64,000 nt of DNA, from NCBI GenBank assembly GCA_965213705.1, contig OZ243913.1, forward strand, positions 4,182,950 to 4,246,949, read 5' to 3'. The translations under genes were made by a program, and so were the position numbers. This document shows positions 36,601-46,339 of the stretch, piece by piece; within the stretch, counting starts at the first letter, position 1, and every line of letters starts with the position of its first letter. Source of the DNA: Trueperaceae bacterium. Lineage in GTDB: Bacteria > Deinococcota > Deinococci > Deinococcales > Trueperaceae. Under the pieces are notes generated by a model. The model was not told where the DNA came from. It ran no database searches and saw only the letters and a list, made by a program, of their open reading frames with translations.

Positions 36601-38086
36601 CCTTGACGGTACGGCTTCCCCCATCGTCCCACACGTAACGCTCGGTCTCGAGGCTGAACGCCACGCTGGCCGGGTTGCCCTGCAAGTCTTCGGCCCGCAC
36701 CGTGACGGACGCCGTTTCGCCGGTTTTGTAGGCGTAACGGTCGGTCTGCACGTCCAGCACGACGCCCGCGCGGTAAGCGACCAAGGTGCCGCTGCCGCTA
36801 ATCTCGCGCCGCGCTTCGTCGGTCACGCCCGCTTGCAGGGTGAGCTGGTAGTCCTCATTGGCCGCAGGCAAGTCCACCGTGACGACAAGGTTGCCCGACG
36901 CGTCCAGCACGCCCTCGCCGCGTTCAACCAGGTCGCCGCCGTAACCGCCGTAACTGTACTCCTCATAAAATCCGTAAGAAGAGGTGTAGCGCCAGCGGTA
37001 GTGAGGCTGCCTCAGCAGGGCGTAGGCAACCTTGGCCCCCGCGACCGGGCCGCCGAACAGGTACTCGCCGCTCACTGTAAAGGTGACACCGTCCCCCTGC
37101 ACCGCGACCGCCTCGTCAGGCGTCACCGTCACGCGGTACTCGGGTTTTTGAAACGCTTGCACCTCGAAACTGGCGTAGCTCGTTTCGCCGTTCAGGGTCG
37201 TCTCTACGCTGTAGTAACCGAGCGGCGCGGCGGCGCTCAGGGTAAAGCCGCCGTCAAAGCTGCCGTAAGCGTCGGCGGTAAAGCCGTTGTCGAAAATCTC
37301 TTCGCCGTCCGCGTCGTACACCGTCAGTTGCACGCCCTCGCCCGCCAACGGTGCCAAACCCGCGGGCGCGCGCGCCGTGCCCTTAAAAAACACCGTGTGG
37401 CCGGGCCGGTAGACCGAGCGGTCGGTCTGGACGTATACCTTGGCGTCTTGGAGTGCCCAAGAATTCCAATAAGCGTCGCTGAACGCCCAACTGTCGCCGT
37501 ACTTGGCGACCACGACGAGGGTCTCAGAGGTGAGGTCGGCGTCGGTGCCGAATTCGGTGAGTCCGTCACCGTTTGCCAACCCCTCGGCGTAGCGGGTAGC
37601 CCCGTTCAGCAGGTACACCTTGGCTTTGCGCGGCTCGCCCGACGAGCGCTCCGCCGTGTACGCCAAAACCGTGTCCGCGTCGGTCTTTACGACCAGGGCG
37701 AGGTCGCTCACCAAAAGCAGCGTCGCGCTTTTGCTGAGGCCGCTCGCCAACTGGGCGAAGTAGAGTCCGTTTTGCAGGGTGCCGAGCGAGAGGTCGCCGT
37801 AGTAGCTGTCCGCCTCGAGCGCGTAGCTTTGCAAACGCGTCAGCGCCAAGTCCGGCGTGTCTTGAAAGTCGGCGGGGCCGCCTGCGTCAAGCACCTGTTC
37901 GGGGTTGCCGACGCGGTAGAGCGTGAGGGTGGCGGCCTGGCCGGGTGGGACGCTGTACTGGAGCGTCACCGCGTCACCGGAACTGAACGTGCCGCCGCCG
38001 TACAGCCAAACCTGGTCGCCCTGCGACGACACCAACGAGAGCGCCAAGAAAAAGAACAGGCTTATAAGTTTGAGGCTGTTTTTCAT
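33698..38086 (-). CDS. Bacterial alpha-2-macroglobulin (MG2) family protein with thioester motif
   Basis: Signal peptide; TDRSVYRPG, FQKPEY, REDFRDTILW, PDNLTEW, YPYGCTEQ and QHDDGGWG motifs; A2M-type C-terminus. Confidence 0.93.
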   Translation of the reverse strand: MKNSLKLISLFFFLALSLVSSQGDQVWLYGGGTFSSGDAVTLQYSVPPGQAATLTLYRVGNPEQVLDAGGPADFQDTPDLALTRLQSYALEADSYYGDLSLGTLQNGLYFAQLASGLSKSATLLLVSDLALVVKTDADTVLAYTAERSSGEPRKAKVYLLNGATRYAEGLANGDGLTEFGTDADLTSETLVVVAKYGDSWAFSDAYWNSWALQDAKVYVQTDRSVYRPGHTVFFKGTARAPAGLAPLAGEGVQLTVYDADGEEIFDNGFTADAYGSFDGGFTLSAAAPLGYYSVETTLNGETSYASFEVQAFQKPEYRVTVTPDEAVAVQGDGVTFTVSGEYLFGGPVAGAKVAYALLRQPHYRWRYTSSYGFYEEYSYGGYGGDLVERGEGVLDASGNLVVTVDLPAANEDYQLTLQAGVTDEARREISGSGTLVAYRAGVVLDVQTDRYAYKTGETASVTVRAEDLQGNPASVAFSLETERYVWDDGGSRTVKGQTYRGQTDADGVASVPYEFAEQGSYNLIATAQDAAGRRTEAADYAWVSGDERWYWAYDGLTVTTDKDEYEVGDTARFVVQSPVADGYALVTVEGDELASYDMVKLDGSVLTYELPVTAAMTPNGYLSVTIVGDGVTYTDTAGYRVPPTDKFLNVELTSDADTYEPGATGRFAVRVSDASGRGVRAQVALALVDEGIFLVRPDGTPDIRGFFYALKDNLVGTQLSDWYYFGSSQAFADGAAAPSARAALDEAVFAQGKADFAAADLREDFRDTILWLPALQTNADGLASTTVTFPDNLTEWRLTARALTLGDEVGQKTYSVKTSLPVIARLAAPRFFVTGDEASLRVVGQSNLDTDQEGRLELSADGLSVLEPDPQATTLPAGGRSSADFRVSADKTGTASVTATALTPAASDAVKVPVPVLPHGLRSELGWADAGSGTWTFDLPANTDLGTAAGTLYLTPSLAAAVSPALSYLAGYPYGCTEQTMSRFYPSVLAARAGDLAQLPEEVAANLGDIVAKGLERLYTFQHDDGGWGFWQFDGSSPFISAYVVTGLLEAQEAGYRVKDEFLSRALDYLEAVVQAAPETTTDGGRLVDADAKAYAFLALAQAGRPIDGLGRVVGRADMSPYGLALSVLAFHEVGRDVEANLYLDELLSRVTERDRVAYWETGAPRYYWNDDRVEATAYALQALAELRPNAALLPKVVNWLLLERNGARWVSTKDTAAVVRAALVLADATDESTSDVQVSARLNGADLVSTGLNQTDTGVEVPLDGFNSGRNVLEVNVSGDGTLYSSAAVAYFSEQERFTPQTDNFKVQRRYERLTPVYDAKEQAYTYDRKTLSGPAEVGDYVLVTVTIDPKDAYRYVLVNEPLPAGYRVIEDDGAFRVAGVEPRYGYDYYGWNYWYDGREVYDERVDYYFTFLGEPVTFTYVLRAETPGVFAALPTQAWLMYEPEVRGTGPDATLQVGEGR

Positions 38087-38171
38087 GTCTTTCCCATTCT
38101 GCCCGGCGGCGTTTCGAGAGGCCAACAAAAAGCGAGCTATCGGTAGACTATTGACAAAACATCGCCCGCGC

Positions 38172-38903
38172 CTAATCGACGATTTTCCAGCGGAAAAAGC
38201 CTAAAAAGTTCGGGTTGTCCGGGTCCGGGTGCCAACTGGGGTCGGGGTGTTTGCGTAAGGTCTCGAGACTCAGCAAGCGCACCTCGCCGCCCTCTTCCGG
38301 GCTTAAACCCGTGTGGTAGACGACCCGGCCGTCGCCTAGGTAAACCATGCTGTGGTACCCCGAGCCGTCCGACAAAGGATGCACGAAAAAGAGGAGGTCG
38401 CCGCGCTCGGCCGACTTTTCGCCCCGCCCGAGCGGGACGGCCGCGTAGCGCATCAGCTCGGCAGCCGTGGCGAGTCCGACCAAGCGACCGGCCTCGACGT
38501 CGTCGGCTTGGAACTTGCCGGGGACAATTCGGAACGCACTGCGGCTGAGCACGGGCAGCGGGTAGCTCAGGGTCCTGACGGGCGGCACCTGGGGCGGAAT
38601 CAGAAAGGGGAAGCGGGCAAACCAGGCGGCGTTTTTGGGCTCAAGCGCCCTCACAAACGCGTAACGCAGCAACCCCGAGCAGTCCCGTTCCGCCCAGTCG
38701 GGGGCGGGCGCGGTGTACTGCGCCTCAGCGACGGCGGCGAACCACTCCCGGAAAGCGACCCGCTCCGCCGCGCTGGTAAGTTCGACCGCGTCCGGATAGC
38801 CGTCGGCGTCGGTGTCGGGATGAGTGTCGGGATGGGTGCCGAGCGACGCGGCCGCCGCCGAGGGTAGCACGAGCAACCCAACCAACAACAAACGCCTCAA
38901 CAT
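38172..38903 (-). CDS. DUF1175 / YfaT-like exported protein (NlpC/P60-like Cys-His)
   Basis: Signal peptide; FREWF, RDCSGLLRYA, GDLLFF, HSMVYLG...YHTG and WHPDPDNPNFLGFFRW motifs; next to the macroglobulin gene. Confidence 0.8.
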   Translation of the reverse strand: MLRRLLLVGLLVLPSAAAASLGTHPDTHPDTDADGYPDAVELTSAAERVAFREWFAAVAEAQYTAPAPDWAERDCSGLLRYAFVRALEPKNAAWFARFPFLIPPQVPPVRTLSYPLPVLSRSAFRIVPGKFQADDVEAGRLVGLATAAELMRYAAVPLGRGEKSAERGDLLFFVHPLSDGSGYHSMVYLGDGRVVYHTGLSPEEGGEVRLLSLETLRKHPDPSWHPDPDNPNFLGFFRWKIVD

Positions 38904-39134
38904 TCAGCTACATCCTTTCCCAAACAAGCCTATTAAAATTTACACATAATGAGTATGATACACACATCACTTACTCGTCAAGAACCGAGCGCCGACTGTG
39001 AAGAAGGTGTGAAGCTAGTTTTGCACCTCGGAGCCGGAGGGTTACGGCGATTTGCCACAACACTTTGGCTTTGGAGAGGGCTCGAGCCGGGTCAGGACAG
39101 CCCGTCTACGGCGCAAAGCGCGTATCATGGCTTT

Positions 39135-40340
39135 ATGTCCAACCACTACGACGTCATCGTCGTCGGCGCGGGCGTCGCCGGGAGCGCGGCGGCGTACCGG
39201 CTCGCAAAGACGCGCAGGGTTCTCGTTTTGGAGAGGTTCGCGTTCCTGCACAAACTCGGCTCCTCGCACGGGGGCTCGCGGATTTTCCGCCACGCCTACG
39301 CGGACGCGCGCTACGTGGCGCTGGCCGTCGCGGCGGACAGCTTGTGGCAAGCCCTCGAGCACGACTCGGGTGAAAAATTGCTTACACGCACCGGCGGCTT
39401 GGACATCTCCCAGGAGGGCTACGCCGCGCTGAGCGAGGTCGAGCGGGCGCTCAAAAAAGCGGGGCGGCCCGTCGAAACGCTCACGCCCGCCGACGTTAAA
39501 AAACGCTTTCCGGCCTTTGAGTTGCCCGCGGACCACGTCGCGCTGTACCAACCCGACGCCGGAATTTTAGCGGCGACACGCTGCGTCAACGCGCTGCTGC
39601 GCGGCGCGGCGGCCAGGGGCGCGGCGCTGCGCGACAACGAACCCGTGACGAGGGTCGGTGTCTCCCCCGACCGCGTCGACATCGCCACGGCTCAGGGAGC
39701 GTACAGCGCCGACAGGCTCGTCGTCACCACCGGGCCGTGGTTAGCTCAAGGGTTGGCTCAAGGGTTGGCTCAAAGCGTGAGTGAGGGCTCGAGCGAACCT
39801 CCGGGCAACCTCCTCCCCGCCCTTCACCCCCTCTTACACGTAGAGCAGCAGCAGGTCGTCTACCTCAGGGTCGCGCGGGCCGAACACTTCGCGCCCCACC
39901 GGATGCCCATTTTCATCAACCACAGCCCACAGGCCGAGGTGTACGGCTTTCCGCTGTTCGACCTGCCGCACGCTATAAAAGTGTCCGACCACGCGGGCGC
40001 GCCGACCATCACCCTGCAAGAGAGAAAGACCGGGTTGATGGAGGAGCGCGCGAGGGAGACGATTCGCCGCGTGCAGGGCTTTTTGCCCGCCGTGACGAGC
40101 GACGTCGTCCACTTTGAAACGTGCCTCTACATCAAGACGCCCGACGAGCACTTCGTCCTCGACGTTCATCCCGAGTATGACAACGTCGTCATCGGCGGCG
40201 GCTTTTCGGGCCACGGCTTCAAGTTCGGGCCGGTGCTGGGCGAGGTGTTGGCGGACTTGGCGCTGACCGGCCGCTCAGAGCACGACCTGAGTTTGTTCAG
40301 TCCGAACCGCTTTGCAGCGCAGGCCGCGGGCCTGAGTTGA
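39135..40340 (+). CDS. solA: N-methyl-L-tryptophan oxidase / monomeric sarcosine oxidase family
   Basis: VVGAGVAG, GSSHGGSRIFRHAY, CLYIKTPDEHF and GFSGHGFKFGP motifs. Confidence 0.85.
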   Translation: MSNHYDVIVVGAGVAGSAAAYRLAKTRRVLVLERFAFLHKLGSSHGGSRIFRHAYADARYVALAVAADSLWQALEHDSGEKLLTRTGGLDISQEGYAALSEVERALKKAGRPVETLTPADVKKRFPAFELPADHVALYQPDAGILAATRCVNALLRGAAARGAALRDNEPVTRVGVSPDRVDIATAQGAYSADRLVVTTGPWLAQGLAQGLAQSVSEGSSEPPGNLLPALHPLLHVEQQQVVYLRVARAEHFAPHRMPIFINHSPQAEVYGFPLFDLPHAIKVSDHAGAPTITLQERKTGLMEERARETIRRVQGFLPAVTSDVVHFETCLYIKTPDEHFVLDVHPEYDNVVIGGGFSGHGFKFGPVLGEVLADLALTGRSEHDLSLFSPNRFAAQAAGLS

Positions 40341-40361
40341 GCCTTTCGCTAAACTACGACT

Positions 40362-40808
40362 ATGGAAACCACCGGCACGAGCGTTCCCGAAAAACTGCAG
40401 AAAATCGTCGACACCTTCAGCAAAGCGCCCAAACCTCTGCGGCTGCAACTGCTTCTCGAGTATTCCAAAAAAGTCCCGCCGCTGCCCGAGTACCTGGCGG
40501 AAAACCGCGGCGCGCTCGAGCAAGTTCACGAGTGCCAGACGCCGTTTTTCGTCGCCACCGAGTATCCGGACGACGAGCACGTGGTCTTTCACTTTGACGC
40601 GCCCCCCGAAGCGCCGACGACGCGCGGTTTTGCGGGCATTTTGGCGGCGGGCTTGAGCGGTGCGTCGCCCGCGGCCGTTTTGAACACGCCGAACGACTTT
40701 TACAACGCGATGGGTTTGGGCGAGGTCATTTCACCGTTGCGGCTGCGCGGGATGTCGGCCATCATCGGACGGTTGAAGCGGCAAGTGGCGGAGCACCAGG
40801 AGGCGTAG
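40362..40808 (+). CDS. sufE: SufE family cysteine desulfuration protein
   Basis: [19 protein letters not shown] and ISPLRLRG motifs. Confidence 0.9.
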   Translation: METTGTSVPEKLQKIVDTFSKAPKPLRLQLLLEYSKKVPPLPEYLAENRGALEQVHECQTPFFVATEYPDDEHVVFHFDAPPEAPTTRGFAGILAAGLSGASPAAVLNTPNDFYNAMGLGEVISPLRLRGMSAIIGRLKRQVAEHQEA

Positions 40809-40945
40809 GCCGGCAAATGCCGCTAGGGTACGGCGGCTCGAGGCCACCGAACACGCCCCGAAAGGGCCGCTCCAAAACCGGAAGCAGGGTCACAGCCACG
40901 ACAGGCGTCCAACTCGCTTCGACTCAGTTGAAACCAAAAACCGTA

Positions 40946-40979
40946 TTGACTTTGCCTCAGACAAGAGTTAGCGTTAACA
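40946..40979 (+). promoter_or_regulatory. Promoter (TTGACT-17-TAGCGT) with a LacI-type operator GTTAGCGTTAAC overlapping the -10
   Basis: CG-centred near-palindrome at 40967-40978 upstream of the sugar ABC operon, which contains a LacI-family gene. Confidence 0.65.
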
Positions 40980-41011
40980 CGCAGTCAAAACCGAGGGACA
41001 AGGGAGAAGAC

Positions 41012-42076
41012 ATGAAAGGTTTGAGGTTCGCTCTGTTGAGCGCGGTGCTGGCGCTGTTCACCCTGACAAGTCTGGCGAGCGCCCAGGACAAAGGTTCCGT
41101 CGGGATTTCAATGCCGACCAAGTCTTCGGCGCGCTGGATTGCCGACGGCAACGCGATGGTCGAGTATTTTCAGGAGCAGGGGTACAGAACCGACCTGCAA
41201 TACGCCGAGGACGACATCCCCAACCAACTTGCCCAAATCGAAAACATGATAACCAAGGGCGTCGACGCGCTCGTCATCGCCGCCATCGACGGCACCACGC
41301 TGTCCGACGCACTCCAGCAAGCGCACGACCAGGGCATCGTCGTCATCTCCTACGACCGGCTCATTCGGGATTCGGAAAACGTGGATTACTACGCCACGTT
41401 CGATAATTTTCAGGTCGGCGTGTTGCAGGCGAGCTATATCGAAGAGGCTTTGGGATTGAAAAACGGCGACGGCCCCTACAACATCGAACTGTTCGGCGGC
41501 TCGCCCGACGACAACAACGCTTACTTTTTCTACGACGGCGCGATGAGCGTGTTGCAGCCCTACATCGACAACGGTCAGCTCGTCGTGCAGAGCGGGCAAA
41601 TGGGCATGGACAAAGTCTCGACGCTGCGCTGGGACGGCGCGACCGCCCAGGCGCGCATGGACAATCTCTTGAGCGCCTACTACAGCGACAAGCAAGTCGA
41701 CGCGGTGCTGTCCCCCTACGACGGCCTCAGCATCGGCATCTTGTCGTCGCTCAAGGGTGTCGGCTACGGCAGCGGCGACCAGGCAATGCCGGTCGTGACC
41801 GGCCAAGACGCCGAAATCGCGTCGATAAAGTCCATCCTCGCCGGGGAGCAAACCTCGACCGTGTTCAAAGACACCCGCGAACTCGCGCGCGTCGCCGTCG
41901 ACATGGTCGACGCGCTCCTGCAAGGCGGCGAAGTACCCGTCAACGACACCGAAACTTATGACAACGGCGTCAAGGTCGTGCCGTCGTACCTGCTGGTGCC
42001 AGTCAGCGTCGACGCTTCGAATTACCAAGAAGCCCTCGTCGACAGCGGTTACTACACCGAAGACGAACTCCGCTAA
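41012..42076 (+). CDS. chvE: Multiple monosaccharide ABC transporter substrate-binding protein
   Basis: [28 protein letters not shown] and [12 protein letters not shown] motifs; signal peptide. Confidence 0.93.
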   Translation: MKGLRFALLSAVLALFTLTSLASAQDKGSVGISMPTKSSARWIADGNAMVEYFQEQGYRTDLQYAEDDIPNQLAQIENMITKGVDALVIAAIDGTTLSDALQQAHDQGIVVISYDRLIRDSENVDYYATFDNFQVGVLQASYIEEALGLKNGDGPYNIELFGGSPDDNNAYFFYDGAMSVLQPYIDNGQLVVQSGQMGMDKVSTLRWDGATAQARMDNLLSAYYSDKQVDAVLSPYDGLSIGILSSLKGVGYGSGDQAMPVVTGQDAEIASIKSILAGEQTSTVFKDTRELARVAVDMVDALLQGGEVPVNDTETYDNGVKVVPSYLLVPVSVDASNYQEALVDSGYYTEDELR

Positions 42077-42079
42077 GGG

Positions 42080-42122
42080 GTAGGGGGTATCGGTGCAGCT
42101 TGCGCCGATACCTCCTACTTTT
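42080..42122 (+). terminator. Strong hairpin plus T run after chvE (partial terminator or mRNA-stabilising stem)
   Basis: GTAGGGGGTATCGGTGCA-gct-TGCGCCGATACCTCCTAC-TTTT. Confidence 0.7.
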
Positions 42123-42237
42123 CGAAGGGTAACGGGAGTACCGAGTACCCAGTACCAAGTGGAAAGTAGAACGTCAAAAAAGTTCTCCCCGACCCACGCC
42201 GAGGTCTGCGCGGGGTGAGCCGAGATACGAGCACCCC

Positions 42238-43782
42238 ATGTCCGACATCATCTTAGAAATGCGCAACATCACCAAGACGTTTCCGGGCGTAAAAGCGCTC
42301 GACAACGTCAACTTGGCCGTCGCCGAGGCCGAGATTCACGCGCTCGTCGGCGAGAACGGGGCGGGTAAGTCGACGCTGATGAAGGTGCTGAGCGGCGTCT
42401 ATCCGCACGGGTCTTACGAGGGCGACATCGTTTACCGCGGGCGGGAGTGCCGGTTCAAAAACATCAGCGACAGCGAAAAACTCGGCATCATTATCATCCA
42501 TCAGGAGCTGGCGCTGGTGCCGCTGCTGTCGATTGCGGAAAATATCTTTTTGGGCAACGAGCCCGCGCGCCGCGGCGTCATCGACCGGTTCGAAGCCATT
42601 TCCAGAACCCGAGACCTGCTCCGCAAGGTAGGGCTGAACGAGGCGCCCGACACCCTCGTCACCGACATCGGCGTGGGCAAACAGCAGCTCGTCGAAATCG
42701 CCAAGGCACTCGCCAAAAAGGTGCGCTTGCTGATTTTGGACGAACCCACCGCCAGCCTCAACGAGACCGACAGCGAGGCGCTGCTGGAACTGCTGCTCGA
42801 GTTCAAGGCGCAGGGCATCGCCTCGATTCTCATTTCGCACAAGCTCAACGAAATTTCTAAAATCGCCGACTCGGTGACGATCTTGCGTGACGGAGCGACC
42901 ATCGAAACGCTGGACGCCCACCAGGACGACGTTAGCGAGGCGCGAATCATCCGCGGCATGGTCGGGCGCGAACTCACGAACCGCTATCCCGAACGGGTGA
43001 GCAACCTCGGCGAAACGATATTCGAACTAAAAAACTGGAACGCCTACCACCCGCTCCACAGTGACCGGCAGGTTGTGAAAGACGTGAACCTGTACGTCAA
43101 AAAAGGCGAGGTCGTCGGCGTGGCCGGACTCATGGGCTCGGGCCGCACCGAGCTGGCGATGAGCGTGTTCGGGCGCTCTTACGGGCGGCGCGTCAGCGGT
43201 CAGGTGTTGCTCCACGGCCGCGAGGTGGACGTCAGTTCTATCGGCAAGGCGATTTCCAACGGCCTCGCCTACGTGACCGAGGACCGCAAGGCTTACGGGC
43301 TCATCCTCAGCGACGACATTCGGCACAACGTCACGCTTGCGAACCTGGGGGCCGTGACCGGCGGGTTCGTGATTGACGCGAACAAGGAATTCGTGGCGGC
43401 CGACAGTTACCGGAAAAAGTTGGGGATTCGCTGCTCGAGCGTCCTGCAAGAAACCGTCAACCTCTCCGGGGGCAACCAGCAAAAAGTGGTGTTGAGCAAG
43501 TGGCTGTTCGCCCACCCGGAAGTATTGATTTTGGACGAGCCCACCCGCGGCATCGACGTGGGCGCGAAGTACGAGATTTACACGCTTATCAACGGCCTTG
43601 CTCATGAAGGCAAAGGCATCCTCCTCATCTCGTCGGAGCTGCCGGAAATTCTGGGCGTGTGCGACCGAATCTACGTGATGAACGAGGGCCGAATGGTGAG
43701 CGAGATGCCCAGGGCGGACGCCTCACAGGAGAAAATTATGCGGGAAATCGTCACTTCGTCTTCGGGGGAGGTCGCCGCGTGA
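42238..43782 (+). CDS. mmsA: Monosaccharide ABC transporter ATP-binding protein (MmsA/GguA)
   Basis: [14 protein letters not shown] and LSGGNQQKV motifs; double ABC domain. Confidence 0.92.
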   Translation: MSDIILEMRNITKTFPGVKALDNVNLAVAEAEIHALVGENGAGKSTLMKVLSGVYPHGSYEGDIVYRGRECRFKNISDSEKLGIIIIHQELALVPLLSIAENIFLGNEPARRGVIDRFEAISRTRDLLRKVGLNEAPDTLVTDIGVGKQQLVEIAKALAKKVRLLILDEPTASLNETDSEALLELLLEFKAQGIASILISHKLNEISKIADSVTILRDGATIETLDAHQDDVSEARIIRGMVGRELTNRYPERVSNLGETIFELKNWNAYHPLHSDRQVVKDVNLYVKKGEVVGVAGLMGSGRTELAMSVFGRSYGRRVSGQVLLHGREVDVSSIGKAISNGLAYVTEDRKAYGLILSDDIRHNVTLANLGAVTGGFVIDANKEFVAADSYRKKLGIRCSSVLQETVNLSGGNQQKVVLSKWLFAHPEVLILDEPTRGIDVGAKYEIYTLINGLAHEGKGILLISSELPEILGVCDRIYVMNEGRMVSEMPRADASQEKIMREIVTSSSGEVAA

Positions 43783-44978
43783 GCAGCATTACGGCCGGGG
43801 ACCAAAAGGAACGCACTTTAAGCGTCGGCACCCTGTTCCGGCGCAACGTGCGCCAGTACGGGATGCTCATTGCACTCATCGCCATCATGCTGTTTTTTCA
43901 GGTCCGCACCGACGGCGTGCTGTTAAAACCGCTCAACCTAACCAACCTGATTTTGCAGAACAGCTACATCGTCATCATGGCTATCGGGATGTTGCTCGTC
44001 ATCGTCGCGGGGCACATCGACTTGTCGGTGGGGTCCATCGTCGGCTTCGTCGGCGCGCTCGCCGCGATTATGATGGTGAACTACCACGTTCATTGGCTGC
44101 TCACACTGGTCGCGTGTCTGGCGGTCGGCGCCCTTATCGGGGCGGCACAAGGGTACTGGGTTGCGTTTCTCGGCATTCCCTCGTTTATCGTGACGCTGGC
44201 GGGCATGTTGGTGTTTCGAGGCTTGAGCTTGGCGCTCTTACAAGGCCAGTCGGTCGGGCCGTTTCCCGAGACGTTTCAAAAACTGAGTTCGGGTTTCATC
44301 CCCGACGTCTTCCAAGTCGAAGGCTTGCACTTCACCTCGCTGTTGCTGGGGGCGGGGGCGGCGCTGGCGCTCGTTTTCTTGAACTGGCGGCAACGGCGCA
44401 ACCAAAAAAAATACGCCCTTGCGACCGAGCCGTTCGCGTTTTTCGTCCTCAAGAACGCGGTCATCGCCGGGGTTCTTTTTTACTTGTGTTACCTGCTGGC
44501 GTCTTACCGCGGCTTGCCCAACGTGCTCATCATCATGTTCGCTTTAATTGTCCTTTACAGCTTCGTCACCACACAAACGACCGTCGGGCGGCGCATCTAC
44601 GCGCTCGGCGGCAACGTGAAAGCGGCGAAACTCTCAGGCGTCAAAACCGAACGCCTGACGTTTTTGACCTTTGTCAACTTGGGCGTTCTGGCGGCGCTGG
44701 CGGGCATGGTGTTCGCGGCGCGGCTCAACACGGCGACGCCGAAGGCCGGCAACGCCTTCGAACTCGACGTGATTGCCGCGGCCTTTATCGGCGGCGCGTC
44801 GGCGACCGGCGGCGTGGGCACGGTTATAGGTGCGGTCGTCGGCGCGTTCGTGATGGGCGTAATGAACAACGGCATGTCGATTTTGGGCGTGGGTATCGAC
44901 TGGCAGCAGGTGATCAAGGGTTTGGTGCTGTTGCTGGCCGTGTTTTTCGACGTGTACAACCGCCGAAGGGCGGCCTGA
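43779..44978 (+). CDS. mmsB: Monosaccharide ABC transporter permease (MmsB/GguB)
   Basis: GTG overlaps the upstream [21 protein letters not shown] and [13 protein letters not shown] motifs. Confidence 0.92.
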   Translation: MSSITAGDQKERTLSVGTLFRRNVRQYGMLIALIAIMLFFQVRTDGVLLKPLNLTNLILQNSYIVIMAIGMLLVIVAGHIDLSVGSIVGFVGALAAIMMVNYHVHWLLTLVACLAVGALIGAAQGYWVAFLGIPSFIVTLAGMLVFRGLSLALLQGQSVGPFPETFQKLSSGFIPDVFQVEGLHFTSLLLGAGAALALVFLNWRQRRNQKKYALATEPFAFFVLKNAVIAGVLFYLCYLLASYRGLPNVLIIMFALIVLYSFVTTQTTVGRRIYALGGNVKAAKLSGVKTERLTFLTFVNLGVLAALAGMVFAARLNTATPKAGNAFELDVIAAAFIGGASATGGVGTVIGAVVGAFVMGVMNNGMSILGVGIDWQQVIKGLVLLLAVFFDVYNRRRAA

Positions 44979-45174
44979 AGCCGTTGTGGCGGTTGCCCGC
45001 CCCGACCTCGGTTCAGTCTCACGTCCTTGCGGAGTTGTGTCTGCGAGTTGAAGCCCGACCCCCCCGCCCCGTGGACACTTGCCCCAAAAAAGACGGAAAG
45101 CCAAAGGGCGGAGCCAGAAGCGGGTTCGGCTCCAAGAAAGGTTACCGAATCTTGCGACCTCGAGCCCCCACCCC

Positions 45175-46188
45175 GTGACCCCTAAAACAGTGACCCTCAA
45201 CGACGACGACGCCGCCAGCAGCGTGTCGCACCAAACCGTGTCGCGCGTCGTCAACGACTCGGCGAACGTGGCCGCGGCGACGCGGGCGCGCGTGTTGCAA
45301 GCCGTGGCCGACCTCGGCTACCGGCCCAACCGGGTCGCCCGACAGCTCGTCACCGGCAGGTCCGAGACGGTCGGCATCATCAGCTTCGGAACGAGTTACT
45401 ACGGCCCGGCGCTGATGGTGGGCAGTGTCGAGCGGGCGCTCAAACTGAGAAGCTACGGTTTTGTGTTCGCGTCCATCGACAGCCTCGAGCTTGCCGACAT
45501 TCGTAAAGCGGTGAAAGACTTGGAGCGCCACCCCGTCGCCGGGCTCATCCTGGTGACGCCGCTGCTCGACGTACGCTTGGCCGAGGTCCGCGCCCTCTGC
45601 AAAAACCTTCCCTTCGTCCTGATAGACGTCCGCAAGGGGGCCGCGTTGCCCTCGGTGCTCATCGACCAGGCTGAGGGGGGCACTTTGGCGACGCGGCACC
45701 TGCTCACGCTGGGGCACGAACGCGTGTGCGAGATAAGCGGGCCGCTGTCGTGGCAAGGCGCGCTCCAAAGACATCAGGCTTGGGCGAAGACCTTAAAGCA
45801 AGCCGGACTGACGCCGGGCAAAAGTGTAGAGAGCGACTGGACGGCCCGAGGCGGCTACGAGGCGGCAAAGCGTTTGCTGACGGAAACCTTTACCGCCCTC
45901 GTCGTCGGCAACGACCAGATGGCCCTCGGGGCGATGGCGGCCCTGGCGGAACACGGTTTACGCGTTCCCGGCGACGTGTCGGTCATCGGTTTCGACGACG
46001 TGCCCGAGGCCCGCTACTACACCCCACCCCTCAGCACGGTGCGGCAAGACTTCGAACTGTTGGGCCGCCAAGGTGCTGACTACATCCTCGACCTCATCGA
46101 ACGAACTCGACCTGCCCAGGTGCAGCGCGTGCTCAGCCCGGAACTGGTGGTGCGCTCGAGCACGGGGCCGGTGAGACAGGGAAAGTGA
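45175..46188 (+). CDS. LacI family transcriptional regulator with an atypical first HTH helix
   Basis: VSHQTVSRVVN...YRPNRVARQL, NDQMALG and VSVIGFDD motifs; GTG start inferred. Confidence 0.85.
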   Translation: MTPKTVTLNDDDAASSVSHQTVSRVVNDSANVAAATRARVLQAVADLGYRPNRVARQLVTGRSETVGIISFGTSYYGPALMVGSVERALKLRSYGFVFASIDSLELADIRKAVKDLERHPVAGLILVTPLLDVRLAEVRALCKNLPFVLIDVRKGAALPSVLIDQAEGGTLATRHLLTLGHERVCEISGPLSWQGALQRHQAWAKTLKQAGLTPGKSVESDWTARGGYEAAKRLLTETFTALVVGNDQMALGAMAALAEHGLRVPGDVSVIGFDDVPEARYYTPPLSTVRQDFELLGRQGADYILDLIERTRPAQVQRVLSPELVVRSSTGPVRQGK

Positions 46189-46339
46189 AAAGTGCCGAGC
46201 AGAAAGTCGAAAACAGGGGTGTGAAAGAGAGGGTGTAGGGAAGTGAACGTCAAAAGCTTTTTGTAATTGCCGCCCATTTCCCCACCCTTTACCCCCCTAC
46301 AAAATCGAGCCACCAGGACAGTTTTCAAAGGAGAAACAC

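Noticed and set aside
35654..38146. 830-aa antisense ORF (and similar ones at 53241, 59477, 6111 and 41108)
   Set aside because: Antisense shadows of real genes caused by codon bias; no motifs
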